IMG/VR virus record: IMGVR_UViG_3300045557_000063
Span: 1 to 39,794 of that record
Direction: 5' to 3' (one strand)
Source: a virus
Taxonomy: Duplodnaviria; Caudoviricetes
DNA length: 39,794 nucleotides
A program made the position numbers and the translations under genes. Every line of letters starts with the position of its first letter. The stretch's first letter is position 1. Of this stretch, positions 8,068 to 17,329 are shown piece after piece. The notes beneath the pieces are model-generated. The model searched no databases, was not told the DNA's origin, and saw only the letters and a list, made by a program, of their open reading frames with translations.

Positions 8068-8754
8068 TTACTCGCTGTATTTAACAAAAGCATCCGTGAA
8101 GCCAGCTGCCTTGACTTTGCAAAGCATGGCATCGGCATTCGCCTTGACAGAAAACGCGCCAAGTTGGATACGGTAGTATTTCTTCGGCTCGACGGGAGCA
8201 AGACCTGATTTTACATCAGCTCGGAAGGTATCCATCGATTTGCCATGCTTCGGAAACCAGTGCATGACGTCCCCGTGGTTGCTGGCAATGCCAAGCTTAT
8301 GGCCCTCTGAGTGGCAGATTATATCCCTTTCGGTAAGCCCATATTGTTTGCAGAGATAGACGGAAAGCTCCACGGCTTCCTTGTAGACTGCTGCAAAATA
8401 AGACGGGTCGCTCAGGTTGTCTTCGCAGATCTCGAAACCGATGTGGGTATCGTTGGCTGAATCCCCAGCATGCCACCCTCGGTGATTCCATGGAAGGGTC
8501 TGGTATGTTGCGGTGCTCCCGTCAGCCAGTTTGCCGATGAACGCATGGACACAGACTTTTCTTCCGTCAGGCTTGTCCTGGTTCCAGTGGTTGCCGTATA
8601 GATTCTTCCCTAGCAGTCCGTCGTCAGGACCGACATAGCGCTTCAAGAAAGGATTGTTGGCCCCGGTCGAGTGGACCATGATGCCTTTAGGTTCGATTTT
8701 CCCGCCGGCTTTGTAGCAGGCGTTTTCCGTCAGGATGAGTTTTCTTAAATTCAT
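8068..8754 (-). CDS. Endolysin: N-acetylmuramoyl-L-alanine amidase (Amidase_2) with SPOR domain
   Basis: IMVHST, GWHAG, IGFEIC, ICHSE; C-terminal YRIQLGAFS...AGFTDAFV. Confidence 0.93.
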   Translation of the reverse strand: MNLRKLILTENACYKAGGKIEPKGIMVHSTGANNPFLKRYVGPDDGLLGKNLYGNHWNQDKPDGRKVCVHAFIGKLADGSTATYQTLPWNHRGWHAGDSANDTHIGFEICEDNLSDPSYFAAVYKEAVELSVYLCKQYGLTERDIICHSEGHKLGIASNHGDVMHWFPKHGKSMDTFRADVKSGLAPVEPKKYYRIQLGAFSVKANADAMLCKVKAAGFTDAFVKYSE

Positions 8755-9155
8755 TTTGTATCCTCCTTGTTGAGCTGTTCCAGAATGCCCCTGAGCTTCT
8801 CAGGGATAGGCAGCCCGATTTTAGCTGTGTTCTCCAGGATGCTGATGCCTTCGTTGGAAAGGTAGAAGAAAATGACCGCTGTCCGGATGGCACCGCCGTT
8901 CTGGATCAGCTTGGAATCGATGATGTGTCCAACAGCGACTAGGGAAAAGATAAGCACCTTCTTGAAGATTCCCCTGAAGCCCACTTCGCTTGAGAGTCGC
9001 TTTTCCAGGACAGCTACCATGATGCCTGTGATGTAGTCGATGACTACGAATGCCACCAGGGCATATAGGAAGCCGTCCCATCCACCCAGAAAATAGCCAA
9101 TGTAGCCACCGATAGCGGCAATGATGATTTGAATGGTGTTGATGATGTCTTTCAT
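8751..9155 (-). CDS. Phage holin
   Basis: Hydrophobic helices, IDYITG, FYLSNEGISILEN signature; directly upstream of the amidase. Confidence 0.93.
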   Translation of the reverse strand: MKDIINTIQIIIAAIGGYIGYFLGGWDGFLYALVAFVVIDYITGIMVAVLEKRLSSEVGFRGIFKKVLIFSLVAVGHIIDSKLIQNGGAIRTAVIFFYLSNEGISILENTAKIGLPIPEKLRGILEQLNKEDTK

Positions 9156-9207
9156 TGAGTTCCTCCTCAAATATTAAAGGACCTTGAAGGCCCTCTTGAA
9201 TCTGGTT

Positions 9208-12204
9208 TTATGGAATTGAGACGGCATAGATTTGGACGCCATCGTAGCCGACATCGCCGCTGCCATCTTTTCTGTAGGTGATTTTTAGTGTATGCGATCC
9301 CGCGATCAAAGTTTTCTCGATATATCTTGATACGACAGTGCCTGCCAACTTTCCTGAGATATCCACATCATCGATGTAAACATAGGCCCAATCATAACTA
9401 GCGCTCTCTGTTTCACATCCTACCCAGATCGCAAATTTACCCTCACCGCTTGTGAATGTCCATGTCAGCTGCTTCGTAGCATTAGCTGTCCCCTTGATGC
9501 GCAAGGCTGATGTAAAATCGGTCGATATTGCCACGGGTACAAGGCTTTTCGTTGCGTCACCAAATAGCAGATCGAAAAGGGCATCCGGTTTATAGATATT
9601 GTTCCAGGGATAGTTTGTACCAACCATGCTGACCCGGTACCATATACCAGAGGGTTCATGATAGGTCGCTAGGTATTGATAATTGGTGTTGTATAAGAAC
9701 ACTGTTTGTCCATTACTAGGAGTGGATGGGAGTTCTGTCACAATTCCAATGCCGCCGCCACCGCCTAATGAAGAGATTACAAGGGTTTTGAGTTCATCAT
9801 CTTGATCGATCGTTATGTTAGTCCCTGGTGCTAAGGTGACATCTCCGACTATGGCATTGCCACCTGTCCTCTTAATGCTCGAGACCCTTGGGATGGTTGT
9901 ATGCAGGTCAGCAGCATGCCTTTCCTCGTTGTAATACTGGGGATGGTCGTCTGCATTCAAGCCTTGCAGTGAGCCATGGGTATGGTTATGGCTCACCCCG
10001 GCAGGGCTTTCGGTTGAAGGGGTTGAGAGGGAGCTGTTCTGCGTGAACATCGACATTCGTTCAACCAGCTGGTTCATCCGGATTTCATGCTCAAGCATGA
10101 TATTGTTTAGCTCCAGGACATAGCTTAAAGCACCTGATTCATCTTCCTCGCAGGTGATTCCTTTGACCCTGACTTTCCCGTCAAAGCCTTCCGTGTCGCT
10201 TCCTTCCGGTGGAATGTACCAGCCGATCCAGTCGCCCATCATGAAGGTTTCAAAAGGCTTGAGTTTGACGCCTTCAGAGTCTATGAATTTGATGACGGTT
10301 CCCTGAATGCCCCAGCTGACCTGCGCCGCCCCTCGAAGGAACAGCTGCCCATAGTCCTGGAGCTTTGCCCAGTCGCTGGGGATATTCCTCGCCTGGAGGT
10401 ATCCTTCGCGCCTGCCCCAGTCCGTCTGACTTGTGGGGTGCGCCGTCTCGATGAGACTTCCGCTTTCGCCTTCGACCAGGAGGGCGTTGGTCATGTTTGC
10501 GCTGTCGCTCTGGTTCTGGTGCTTGACGATTGCCTGACCCGGCCGGTATTTGACCGTATCGTATTTATCCGCACCTTTTGCTTTATATAGCTTCAAATGC
10601 AGCGTCGGTGTCATCTCGATATCGAAAAGGCCCATGCCTTCGCTGAGTTTGGTGGCTACCTGGGAGAGCGGCGTTCCTGCATGGAAGGAAAGGGTCGTAG
10701 AATCCTCGAACGGATTTCCCAACGTGTCCGCATCGGCAGTCCAGTCTACGGAGACGCCGGTAAGGCAGCCCCTTTGCTGGGCTTCCAGAAGAAGCTGGCG
10801 CAAGATAGCACCGCCGTGCATATCGGTAAAGGTCCTCTCCAGCGTGGCCGGATGCGGCATTCCTTCCGGATACACAACTCCCCGGTCAAGGAGGGAAAGG
10901 ACGCCCCTGCCGCTCACCTCGATCATCTGCTGCTCACCCTCATCTACATAGGATGGACGCCTTGATTCGATGATCCATTTGAAAATGTCGATGCCGTCAA
11001 GCCGGCACAGGATGAAGTTCTGATCGGTCACATAATCCCGGCTTCCGCCTTTGTCATCAAACCTGCTGATGGCAAATTTGCCGCTGCCGGGGTTGTTCAG
11101 GAGCACCTGAAAAGACTTGCTCTTGGCACCGCTGAGCTGGCACAGGATGCTGTTGGGATTGTTCTTGTCGCAAACGAAAAGCTCGATACCGATATCATCG
11201 GCAGGCTCTGCGTCATATACCTCGATACCGATAACATTGCTGTAGCGCACCCCGGGAGGATTTGGTTCTGTGAGCGCAACCTTGACTGCGCCGCTTTCAG
11301 CCTCCTGTGGGATCTGGAAAACGATCTTATCCCAGCTCCAGGAGATGATATTGCAAAGGTGGGTGCCAAGATAAACATGGCCACCATAGCCGCGTACGTA
11401 CCTGTCAGCATTAAGCGGGTCTGCTTCGGCTTTGAAGCCGAACCCGTTTCCATAGATGGTTACAACCGAGCCTTCTGAAGCTCTGGTAGTGGACAGCCTT
11501 TCAATGAAAGGAAACGGAGGGTCGCTTGTGATGTTCTCGTAATCATAGATCGATCTTTGGTTTGACCACACAGGACCGTATTTCGAGATATTTTCATACT
11601 CATACAAAACGCGCTTCTTTTTCCATAGTGGACCGAATTTTCCGATGTTTTCGTAGTGATAGAGTCCGCGCTTTTTGCTCCATTCAGGTCCGTATTTTCC
11701 TATGTTTTCAACCTGATAAATCGCTCTTTTAACAACTCCAGCAGAGATTTTCACTGTCCAAATATCCGAAATAGCAATTCCTGAGTTGTTTTGTGCATTG
11801 ACTCTCCAGTACCACCAGCCATCGGGTAATGCTGGCGAGGGAGTCCAGTTCTTCGTTGTCCCATGAGGGATATTAGTAAAGCTTTGGGTTTGTTTCCAAG
11901 CTGAGTTGAAGTAACTCACTTTATCTATTTCAATGGTGACAATATCAGCCGACTCTTTAAGCAAGTAAAAATCGTTTATTCCTCCTTCACAAGGAATATC
12001 TATTTCCACTCCTGGACAGTCGAATTCTGTTAAGTCGGTGAAGGGAACCCCGTCATGCTCCGCTGGGTCATATACATAGCCGCAGATTCCACATTCATAA
12101 AGAAGTTCATTTGGATCTTCATAGACTGCGGAAAAAGTCGGTGTTCTTGAACCAAGTGTTGTTCCTCCTAGCGGTTCGAGCAGGGTAATCTTAGGTAAAC
12201 TCAT
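9208..12204 (-). CDS. Multidomain tail/baseplate protein (Ig-like with rubredoxin-like insert, repeats, IPT/TIG, hub-like core, fibre-like C-terminus)
   Basis: Last gene of the tail module; PDGWWYWRV Ig-like, GSVVTIYGNGFG IPT, LNNPGSGKF...SGRGVLSLL hub-like, HNHTH...DDHPQY fibre motif. Confidence 0.82.
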   Translation of the reverse strand: MSLPKITLLEPLGGTTLGSRTPTFSAVYEDPNELLYECGICGYVYDPAEHDGVPFTDLTEFDCPGVEIDIPCEGGINDFYLLKESADIVTIEIDKVSYFNSAWKQTQSFTNIPHGTTKNWTPSPALPDGWWYWRVNAQNNSGIAISDIWTVKISAGVVKRAIYQVENIGKYGPEWSKKRGLYHYENIGKFGPLWKKKRVLYEYENISKYGPVWSNQRSIYDYENITSDPPFPFIERLSTTRASEGSVVTIYGNGFGFKAEADPLNADRYVRGYGGHVYLGTHLCNIISWSWDKIVFQIPQEAESGAVKVALTEPNPPGVRYSNVIGIEVYDAEPADDIGIELFVCDKNNPNSILCQLSGAKSKSFQVLLNNPGSGKFAISRFDDKGGSRDYVTDQNFILCRLDGIDIFKWIIESRRPSYVDEGEQQMIEVSGRGVLSLLDRGVVYPEGMPHPATLERTFTDMHGGAILRQLLLEAQQRGCLTGVSVDWTADADTLGNPFEDSTTLSFHAGTPLSQVATKLSEGMGLFDIEMTPTLHLKLYKAKGADKYDTVKYRPGQAIVKHQNQSDSANMTNALLVEGESGSLIETAHPTSQTDWGRREGYLQARNIPSDWAKLQDYGQLFLRGAAQVSWGIQGTVIKFIDSEGVKLKPFETFMMGDWIGWYIPPEGSDTEGFDGKVRVKGITCEEDESGALSYVLELNNIMLEHEIRMNQLVERMSMFTQNSSLSTPSTESPAGVSHNHTHGSLQGLNADDHPQYYNEERHAADLHTTIPRVSSIKRTGGNAIVGDVTLAPGTNITIDQDDELKTLVISSLGGGGGIGIVTELPSTPSNGQTVFLYNTNYQYLATYHEPSGIWYRVSMVGTNYPWNNIYKPDALFDLLFGDATKSLVPVAISTDFTSALRIKGTANATKQLTWTFTSGEGKFAIWVGCETESASYDWAYVYIDDVDISGKLAGTVVSRYIEKTLIAGSHTLKITYRKDGSGDVGYDGVQIYAVSIP
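11527..11730 (-). repeat. About 3.5 degenerate 19-aa (57-bp) tandem repeats in the tail protein
   Basis: KRAIYQVENIGKYGPEWSK / KRGLYHYENIGKFGPLWKK / KRVLYEYENISKYGPVWSN / QRSIYDYENIT. Confidence 0.85.
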
Positions 12205-12219
12205 CTATTTCACCCGCCT

Positions 12220-13068
12220 TTAAGTCCAGCTGCCAACAGTTGCGATTAATCTACCGGCATCAGGACCTAAAATCAGAAGAGGCGGTTCCAAAGCATTCCT
12301 TACATAAATGGCACTACTTAACGATCCAGGACCTATGCTTGCGATATCCAGGACCGTTGTCCATGGTCCCGTTTCAGAAAAGGACAAGGCAAAATCCTTA
12401 TGGTTCAATTGAAGATTGACATTATTCGCAATTTTACTTGGGCTTGTATTCAGTACTTTCAGAGCTTTAATGAGGGTCGTTCCCTCGGGCCTATCAGCCC
12501 AATCTGTTAATGCAGTGAGTTCATTCCCGTTAATGTCACAGAATGTTACATCATCAACAGTTTGTCCGGCGGCTTTCCTCCCGTAGAAATGGATTCTTTT
12601 GATTCGAGGAGGTCTAAAATAATAGCTATTTGTTTGAACTACAACCCTCACCGTTTTCTTTGGTTCTGAAAATGAGACTGCTTTGATAGCCGTTCTCCAG
12701 GAATTTGCATCCGGATTATTTACTTCAGGAACTCCACTGGGGAAAGATGCAACTTCCCATGTGCCATCCTGGCCGTTTGTTGTATCGTTGCTGCCTTCAA
12801 GCCGATACAGTTGAAAGGTTGCGTCACTGGCTGCTCCGCTGACCATCATTGCTTCGATTTCCCTCATCTCGGGGAAAAAGAACCAGGTGGTTATATAAGT
12901 TGTATCGCCAAGACTCAGTATGTCATTTGTTCCTTCAGTAGTATTAAGGCCCACAAGCTGATCTTCTGTCAGCCAGTTCGTGAGACAGCATGAATATCCT
13001 TTCTCATAAGCTACAGCCGTTCCATCAATGTCATAGGGCATTCTATGTGATACTATTTCTGAATACAT
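12220..13068 (-). CDS. Putative tail/baseplate protein
   Basis: Lies between Dit and the large tail gene; SD GGAGG; beta-rich, with YRLEGSND resembling a discoidin/CBM-type fold. Confidence 0.7.
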   Translation of the reverse strand: MYSEIVSHRMPYDIDGTAVAYEKGYSCCLTNWLTEDQLVGLNTTEGTNDILSLGDTTYITTWFFFPEMREIEAMMVSGAASDATFQLYRLEGSNDTTNGQDGTWEVASFPSGVPEVNNPDANSWRTAIKAVSFSEPKKTVRVVVQTNSYYFRPPRIKRIHFYGRKAAGQTVDDVTFCDINGNELTALTDWADRPEGTTLIKALKVLNTSPSKIANNVNLQLNHKDFALSFSETGPWTTVLDIASIGPGSLSSAIYVRNALEPPLLILGPDAGRLIATVGSWT

Positions 13069-13079
13069 TTGTTCACCTC

Positions 13080-13889
13080 CTAGAAGAATGCGGGGTAGTA
13101 TTCCAGTTTGATGCTGCCGCCCGACACTCCATTCGTAATTCTCAATTGGTTGTAGCCGCTGTTAAAGAGCAGCCAATAGGCATCGCCGCCATGTCTGATT
13201 GCAGAGAGCATGTTGGTGCTACCCTTGGTGCATTTGAAATCACCGGTATTTATGATGACGCTCTCGCCTGGGGCGATGCTTCCCTGATACTGCAGCCATA
13301 CATCGTTGTCCAGGCATTCAAGCTTGGGAGATTCCATGGGGCCGGTAAGGGTAATGGTCGCATCGGTTACCGGGGCAGTACCGGGATTCTGGTGGCTCCA
13401 TTCCTGTATCAGGGAAGCCACTGCCTTGGTCTCGGAAATGGCCAGCGGATCATAGAAGAAAGGATCGGAAAGCATGAACTCCACAGCGAACTTGGCATAT
13501 CCTGTCTGTGTCTTCCCGAAAGTAACGGGGCGGTACACCTCGGCTATGGCTTCACGGACAGTACCGTCAGGAAGGATCCGTTTCAAAACAAACTGCCCCA
13601 GCTTTCCGAATACGCTGCTGAGGTAGTCAATATTTTCATAAAGGACGTCATTCTCGCTCTTGCCGCTTGGAAGCTTTCCGGTAAGGGGATCCAAGCCGCG
13701 AACCCACATGGGGAGCATGACGATCCGTTCTTCATATCGCTTTTTGATCCATCGTTTCCCGTTTTGGAAAGGCACCTGAATGTTGTTGCCCCTAAGCCCT
13801 GGTGTCCCCAAACCCTCAGGGACTTCAATCACTGACCAGGCTTTGGTGTTCAGGCTCACGCCATTAAATTGCCATGTCTGTCCGTTCAA
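13080..13889 (-). CDS. Distal tail protein (Dit)
   Basis: Follows the tape measure; FNGVSL, FMLSDPFFY, NPGTAPV, GYNQL motifs. Confidence 0.85.
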   Translation of the reverse strand: MNGQTWQFNGVSLNTKAWSVIEVPEGLGTPGLRGNNIQVPFQNGKRWIKKRYEERIVMLPMWVRGLDPLTGKLPSGKSENDVLYENIDYLSSVFGKLGQFVLKRILPDGTVREAIAEVYRPVTFGKTQTGYAKFAVEFMLSDPFFYDPLAISETKAVASLIQEWSHQNPGTAPVTDATITLTGPMESPKLECLDNDVWLQYQGSIAPGESVIINTGDFKCTKGSTNMLSAIRHGGDAYWLLFNSGYNQLRITNGVSGGSIKLEYYPAFF

Positions 13890-13907
13890 ATCCTAATTCA
13901 CCTCCCG

Positions 13908-16205
13908 TTATCCCAGCCCGTAGGACTGCCTGAGCAGAACCCTGCGGGTGCTGTCAGACGCCGCTTCCGGCTTCGGATTATTGATCGTTATGTCGTAGTT
14001 GTTTGTAACATTGCCGCTTTGAACCCCTGGTTCTGAAACTTTTGATTGAGCACCCACTCCAACCTTGTGCAGTGCTTTTGCCATGATCTCGTCCAGTTTT
14101 TCGATGGGAACCACGGCTTCAGTGCCGGCTTCACCAACGCCGATCACGCTGGGGCTGGAGAAGATTCCGCCCGATGAATACCAGTTGACCCCGAGCTTTG
14201 GGATCTGAGGTGGATTCAAGCTGAACTTGCCTGTGATCTCAAAATGGGGAAGCTTGATGTGGGGGATCTTTATCTCAGGGATCTTCAGGTTTCTGAAGAA
14301 GCTGGCAATGGCGTCAATTGCTCCCTTTACGGTATTCCGCGCGGCATTGATGGGAGTCTCGATGGCGGATTTTATTCCGTTCCAAATGCTTGAGGTTACG
14401 GATTTGATAGCATTCCATGCGCCGGAGATCACATCCTTGATGACATTGATCTGAGTGGATACCAGATTCTTGATTAAGTTCAGTACACCGCTAATGATGC
14501 TTCGGATGCCGTTCCATAGGCTGGAGGTAACATTTTTGATGCCTTCCCACACGCCTTGCCAGTCGCCCTTGATCAGGCTCGTCACAACCTGAATAATTCC
14601 CTTGATCACGTTAAGGGCGGTGGTGACCACGGAGGATACGACATTGAAGGCGGCTGAGATGACCGCCACGATGTCGTTTCCGTACTTATTCCAGATGGCG
14701 CTTGCCACCTGAACGAAGGCGGCTATCAACGCGCGGATCGCTTCAAACACGCCCGCCATCACGGCTTTGACTTGGTTCCAGATGGTGATGACGCTGTTCC
14801 TGAAATTCTCGTTGTTGCGGAACAGCAGCACGAATATTGCGATGAAACCGGCGATGGCGGCAACCGCGATGCCTACCGGCCCTGTGATGGCTGCGATGGC
14901 AGCACCGACCGCCCCGGACGCACCGCCTGCGGCAGCCATAGCCCCGGAAATCGCCCCAAAGGTGGTGGTGAGTGTCCCGACAACAGAGACTACCTTACCG
15001 ACCACCAGCAGGACAGGTCCAAAGGCCGCGGCAATCAAGACGATCTTCACGATCATTTCCTGCTGTTCCTTAGAAAGACCCTGGAACCTATCCATCAGGG
15101 GTTTGATTGTCGCGATCAGCTTCTCCAGGATGGGGATCAGGATCTGTCCGAACTGGATGCCGATCTGCTGGGCTTGTTCCTTCATTGCCCTGATCTTATT
15201 GGTCGGGCTGTCCATAGTCCTTGCCAGGTCGCCCTGGGCATTCTTCGTGGCTTCCATGATAGCCCCATAACGGGCCTGAACCTTCTGGGCTTCAGTCAGC
15301 TGTTCGCCTTGCTTGGCGATTCCGTGGGTATAGGCATAGGTTTTGACGGTGGTGTCGTTGACCAGGATACCCAGCGCCTTTAATGGCTCCGCCTCGCCGG
15401 ATATACCTGACTTCAGCTTGTTGAAGGCTTCCTCGGGATTCAGGTTATAGAAGGAAGCCATGTCGTAGGAAAGCTGTGTCAGACCCTCTGACATCTCCAG
15501 GGATTCATCCGTAGCAAGCCCCATGGAGGTGAGCATGGAATTATAGGTGGCCATATTGTTTCTGACGTTGTAGGCATTCAGCCCGAGGGCCTTGGATGTT
15601 TCCTCCGACCATTTCCTTGCATCGTCCGCCACGCCGCCCATGGCCACCTCGAAGAGGTTCTCTGACTCCACGGCATCCATGGCCATTTTTGTTGCCGCCG
15701 TGCCGATCCCGAGAAGCGGTAGCGTTACAGCTGTGGATAGGGTCTTTCCGGCTGAGGATATTTTGTCGCCCACAGCCTTCATCTTTGCCCCGGCTTTGTC
15801 CATGCTCTCAGAAAGGGAGTACCAGGCGGAACTCTTGGTTTTCAGCTCCTCCGTAGTCGCCTTGAGTTCCTGCTGCATCTTGCCAAGCTCCGCATTGGCG
15901 TAGTTCAGTTTGATCTTCAGGTTCTCCGTGGCTTTGGCATCAGCGCCTTTTTTCTCAACGCTCTCCTGGTAGCTGCGGGAAAGGGCCGCAACCTTATCCT
16001 TTTGAAGGTCGACCTGGCGGCTTAAGCTGTCCGCTTTGAGCTTCAATCCGTCCGTGGATTTTCCGAAGTCCCCGAGTTTAGAGCTTGCTGCTGCAAATTC
16101 GCTCTGGACTACCTTCAGGCTCCGTTGGATCTTGCTTACGCCCTCCTGGAAGCCACTGTCGTCAAGGCCGATCCTTGCCACTACGGTGCTATTGTTTCCT
16201 GTCAT
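13908..16205 (-). CDS. Tail tape measure protein
   Basis: N-terminal coiled coil, hydrophobic segment, Trp-periodic repeats, C-terminal WYSSGGIF...GVGEAGTEAVVP. Confidence 0.93.
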   Translation of the reverse strand: MTGNNSTVVARIGLDDSGFQEGVSKIQRSLKVVQSEFAAASSKLGDFGKSTDGLKLKADSLSRQVDLQKDKVAALSRSYQESVEKKGADAKATENLKIKLNYANAELGKMQQELKATTEELKTKSSAWYSLSESMDKAGAKMKAVGDKISSAGKTLSTAVTLPLLGIGTAATKMAMDAVESENLFEVAMGGVADDARKWSEETSKALGLNAYNVRNNMATYNSMLTSMGLATDESLEMSEGLTQLSYDMASFYNLNPEEAFNKLKSGISGEAEPLKALGILVNDTTVKTYAYTHGIAKQGEQLTEAQKVQARYGAIMEATKNAQGDLARTMDSPTNKIRAMKEQAQQIGIQFGQILIPILEKLIATIKPLMDRFQGLSKEQQEMIVKIVLIAAAFGPVLLVVGKVVSVVGTLTTTFGAISGAMAAAGGASGAVGAAIAAITGPVGIAVAAIAGFIAIFVLLFRNNENFRNSVITIWNQVKAVMAGVFEAIRALIAAFVQVASAIWNKYGNDIVAVISAAFNVVSSVVTTALNVIKGIIQVVTSLIKGDWQGVWEGIKNVTSSLWNGIRSIISGVLNLIKNLVSTQINVIKDVISGAWNAIKSVTSSIWNGIKSAIETPINAARNTVKGAIDAIASFFRNLKIPEIKIPHIKLPHFEITGKFSLNPPQIPKLGVNWYSSGGIFSSPSVIGVGEAGTEAVVPIEKLDEIMAKALHKVGVGAQSKVSEPGVQSGNVTNNYDITINNPKPEAASDSTRRVLLRQSYGLG

Positions 16206-16219
16206 TTATCTCACCTCCC

Positions 16220-16423
16220 TTAGAACAGAATGTTGTCGATGGTGTCAAGATCCGAATGCTCATTGATTCCGTTGACCGTCTTGTAGACCTTGAAAAGAGC
16301 CTGGAGCTTTTTGGGGGTGCTGCTCCAGAATTGCTCCTCGCTCATCCGCAGGAGGTTTGTCCCCAAATAGAAAAGCCACTCCCAGTCCCAGCTTGCGGAA
16401 CTTAAGTGGCTTTCAATTCCCCC
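16220..16423 (-). CDS. Tail assembly chaperone -1 frameshift extension (gpT-like)
   Basis: The -1 frame is open from GGGGGAA (16417-16423) to the stop at 16220: ...WDWEWLFYLGTNLLRMSEEQFWSSTPKKL... Confidence 0.75.
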   Translation of the reverse strand, partial: GGIESHLSSASWDWEWLFYLGTNLLRMSEEQFWSSTPKKLQALFKVYKTVNGINEHSDLDTIDNILF

Positions 16424-16737
16424 GGGACGTCTTCAGCCTCCGGCATTGACATGTTGAGCGCTTGGTTGATCGCTGTGCCGAGGCTTTCCAGGTCGCTCAA
16501 CCCCAATTGTTCGCCGATGGCCTTAAGGGTGACGCTGTCATCCTCGACTTTTACTGCGGAGTAGATCAGCGCCCTGACCGCCTTGATCTTCATGTTCTGC
16601 AAATCCTCAAAGGCGGCGTTCAGGTCGCCGTAAACTTCCTCCAGTTCGCAGAAAGTGTTCATGTTGAGCTTCAGCTCGTACTCCTTATTTCCGAGCTTGA
16701 ATTTGATGCCCTTGTTCTTCAGTTCAGATGCCTTCAA
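16402..16737 (-). CDS. Tail assembly chaperone (gpG-like)
   Basis: Between the major tail and tape measure genes; ends in a slippery sequence. Confidence 0.85.
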   Translation of the reverse strand: MKASELKNKGIKFKLGNKEYELKLNMNTFCELEEVYGDLNAAFEDLQNMKIKAVRALIYSAVKVEDDSVTLKAIGEQLGLSDLESLGTAINQALNMSMPEAEDVPGELKAT

Positions 16738-16753
16738 ATATCATCACCCCTTT

Positions 16754-17326
16754 CTAGACTGCAGGTGTCGGCTCGGCCGGCACTGCGGTAAACCAGGCTG
16801 CGATGATCGTCGGGTCTGCGCCGGCTTCATCTTCGTCCGCGATGAACCTGAAATTGCCGTCAAAGTCCCTGGAGAAGAAGGTGCCTTTAAGCTTTGCGCT
16901 TTTCGGGGACGGCTTTTCAGCTTCAGTGTCGTACTCGTCCGTAGCCAGCTCGAACTTGCCTTTCAGGAGCCATACGTAGCGGTACTTGCCGTTGTGCTTC
17001 TTCGATTTGAAGCCCAGCGCCAGGGTCGGGGCGATGTCTTCCTTGCTTTCAACAAGAACGCCCTTGACTACCTTGGCTCCCTGCAGGGTGGCCCTGCTGG
17101 TGAGGGAGAGCTGGTTAAGCTCGATTTCCACTTCCACGCTATCAAAGGAAGAGATGATGTCTTCCACCGTATCGTCGGAGTAGATGTTTTCCGAGTTGAC
17201 CTTGGGCGTGAGCTTCGCACTTACAGCCCGTTCCAGCTTGGAGGGCGCCTGGTAGGTCGCACCCGTGTTGTCGTCGTCAGTCAGAAGGGCGATGTGGATG
17301 TCCCTTAATCCGATTTGTCTTGCCAT
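16754..17326 (-). CDS. Major tail protein (phi13-like)
   Basis: IGLRDIHIA, YSDD, ALGFKSKK...YRYVWLLKGKF. Confidence 0.92.
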   Translation of the reverse strand: MARQIGLRDIHIALLTDDDNTGATYQAPSKLERAVSAKLTPKVNSENIYSDDTVEDIISSFDSVEVEIELNQLSLTSRATLQGAKVVKGVLVESKEDIAPTLALGFKSKKHNGKYRYVWLLKGKFELATDEYDTEAEKPSPKSAKLKGTFFSRDFDGNFRFIADEDEAGADPTIIAAWFTAVPAEPTPAV

Positions 17327-17329
17327 ATG

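Noticed and set aside
9208-9700. Possible diversity-generating retroelement target at the tail C-terminus
   Set aside because: No reverse transcriptase and no TR/VR repeat pair seen in the window
12990-13835. Long plus-strand ORFs antisense to phage genes (also 14772-15383, 16655-17308, 26135-27085, 34907-35548)
   Set aside because: Shadow frames opposite well-supported genes, with no motifs or SD
14380-14800. Trp-periodic repeats in the tape measure protein
   Set aside because: Ordinary feature of tape measure proteins
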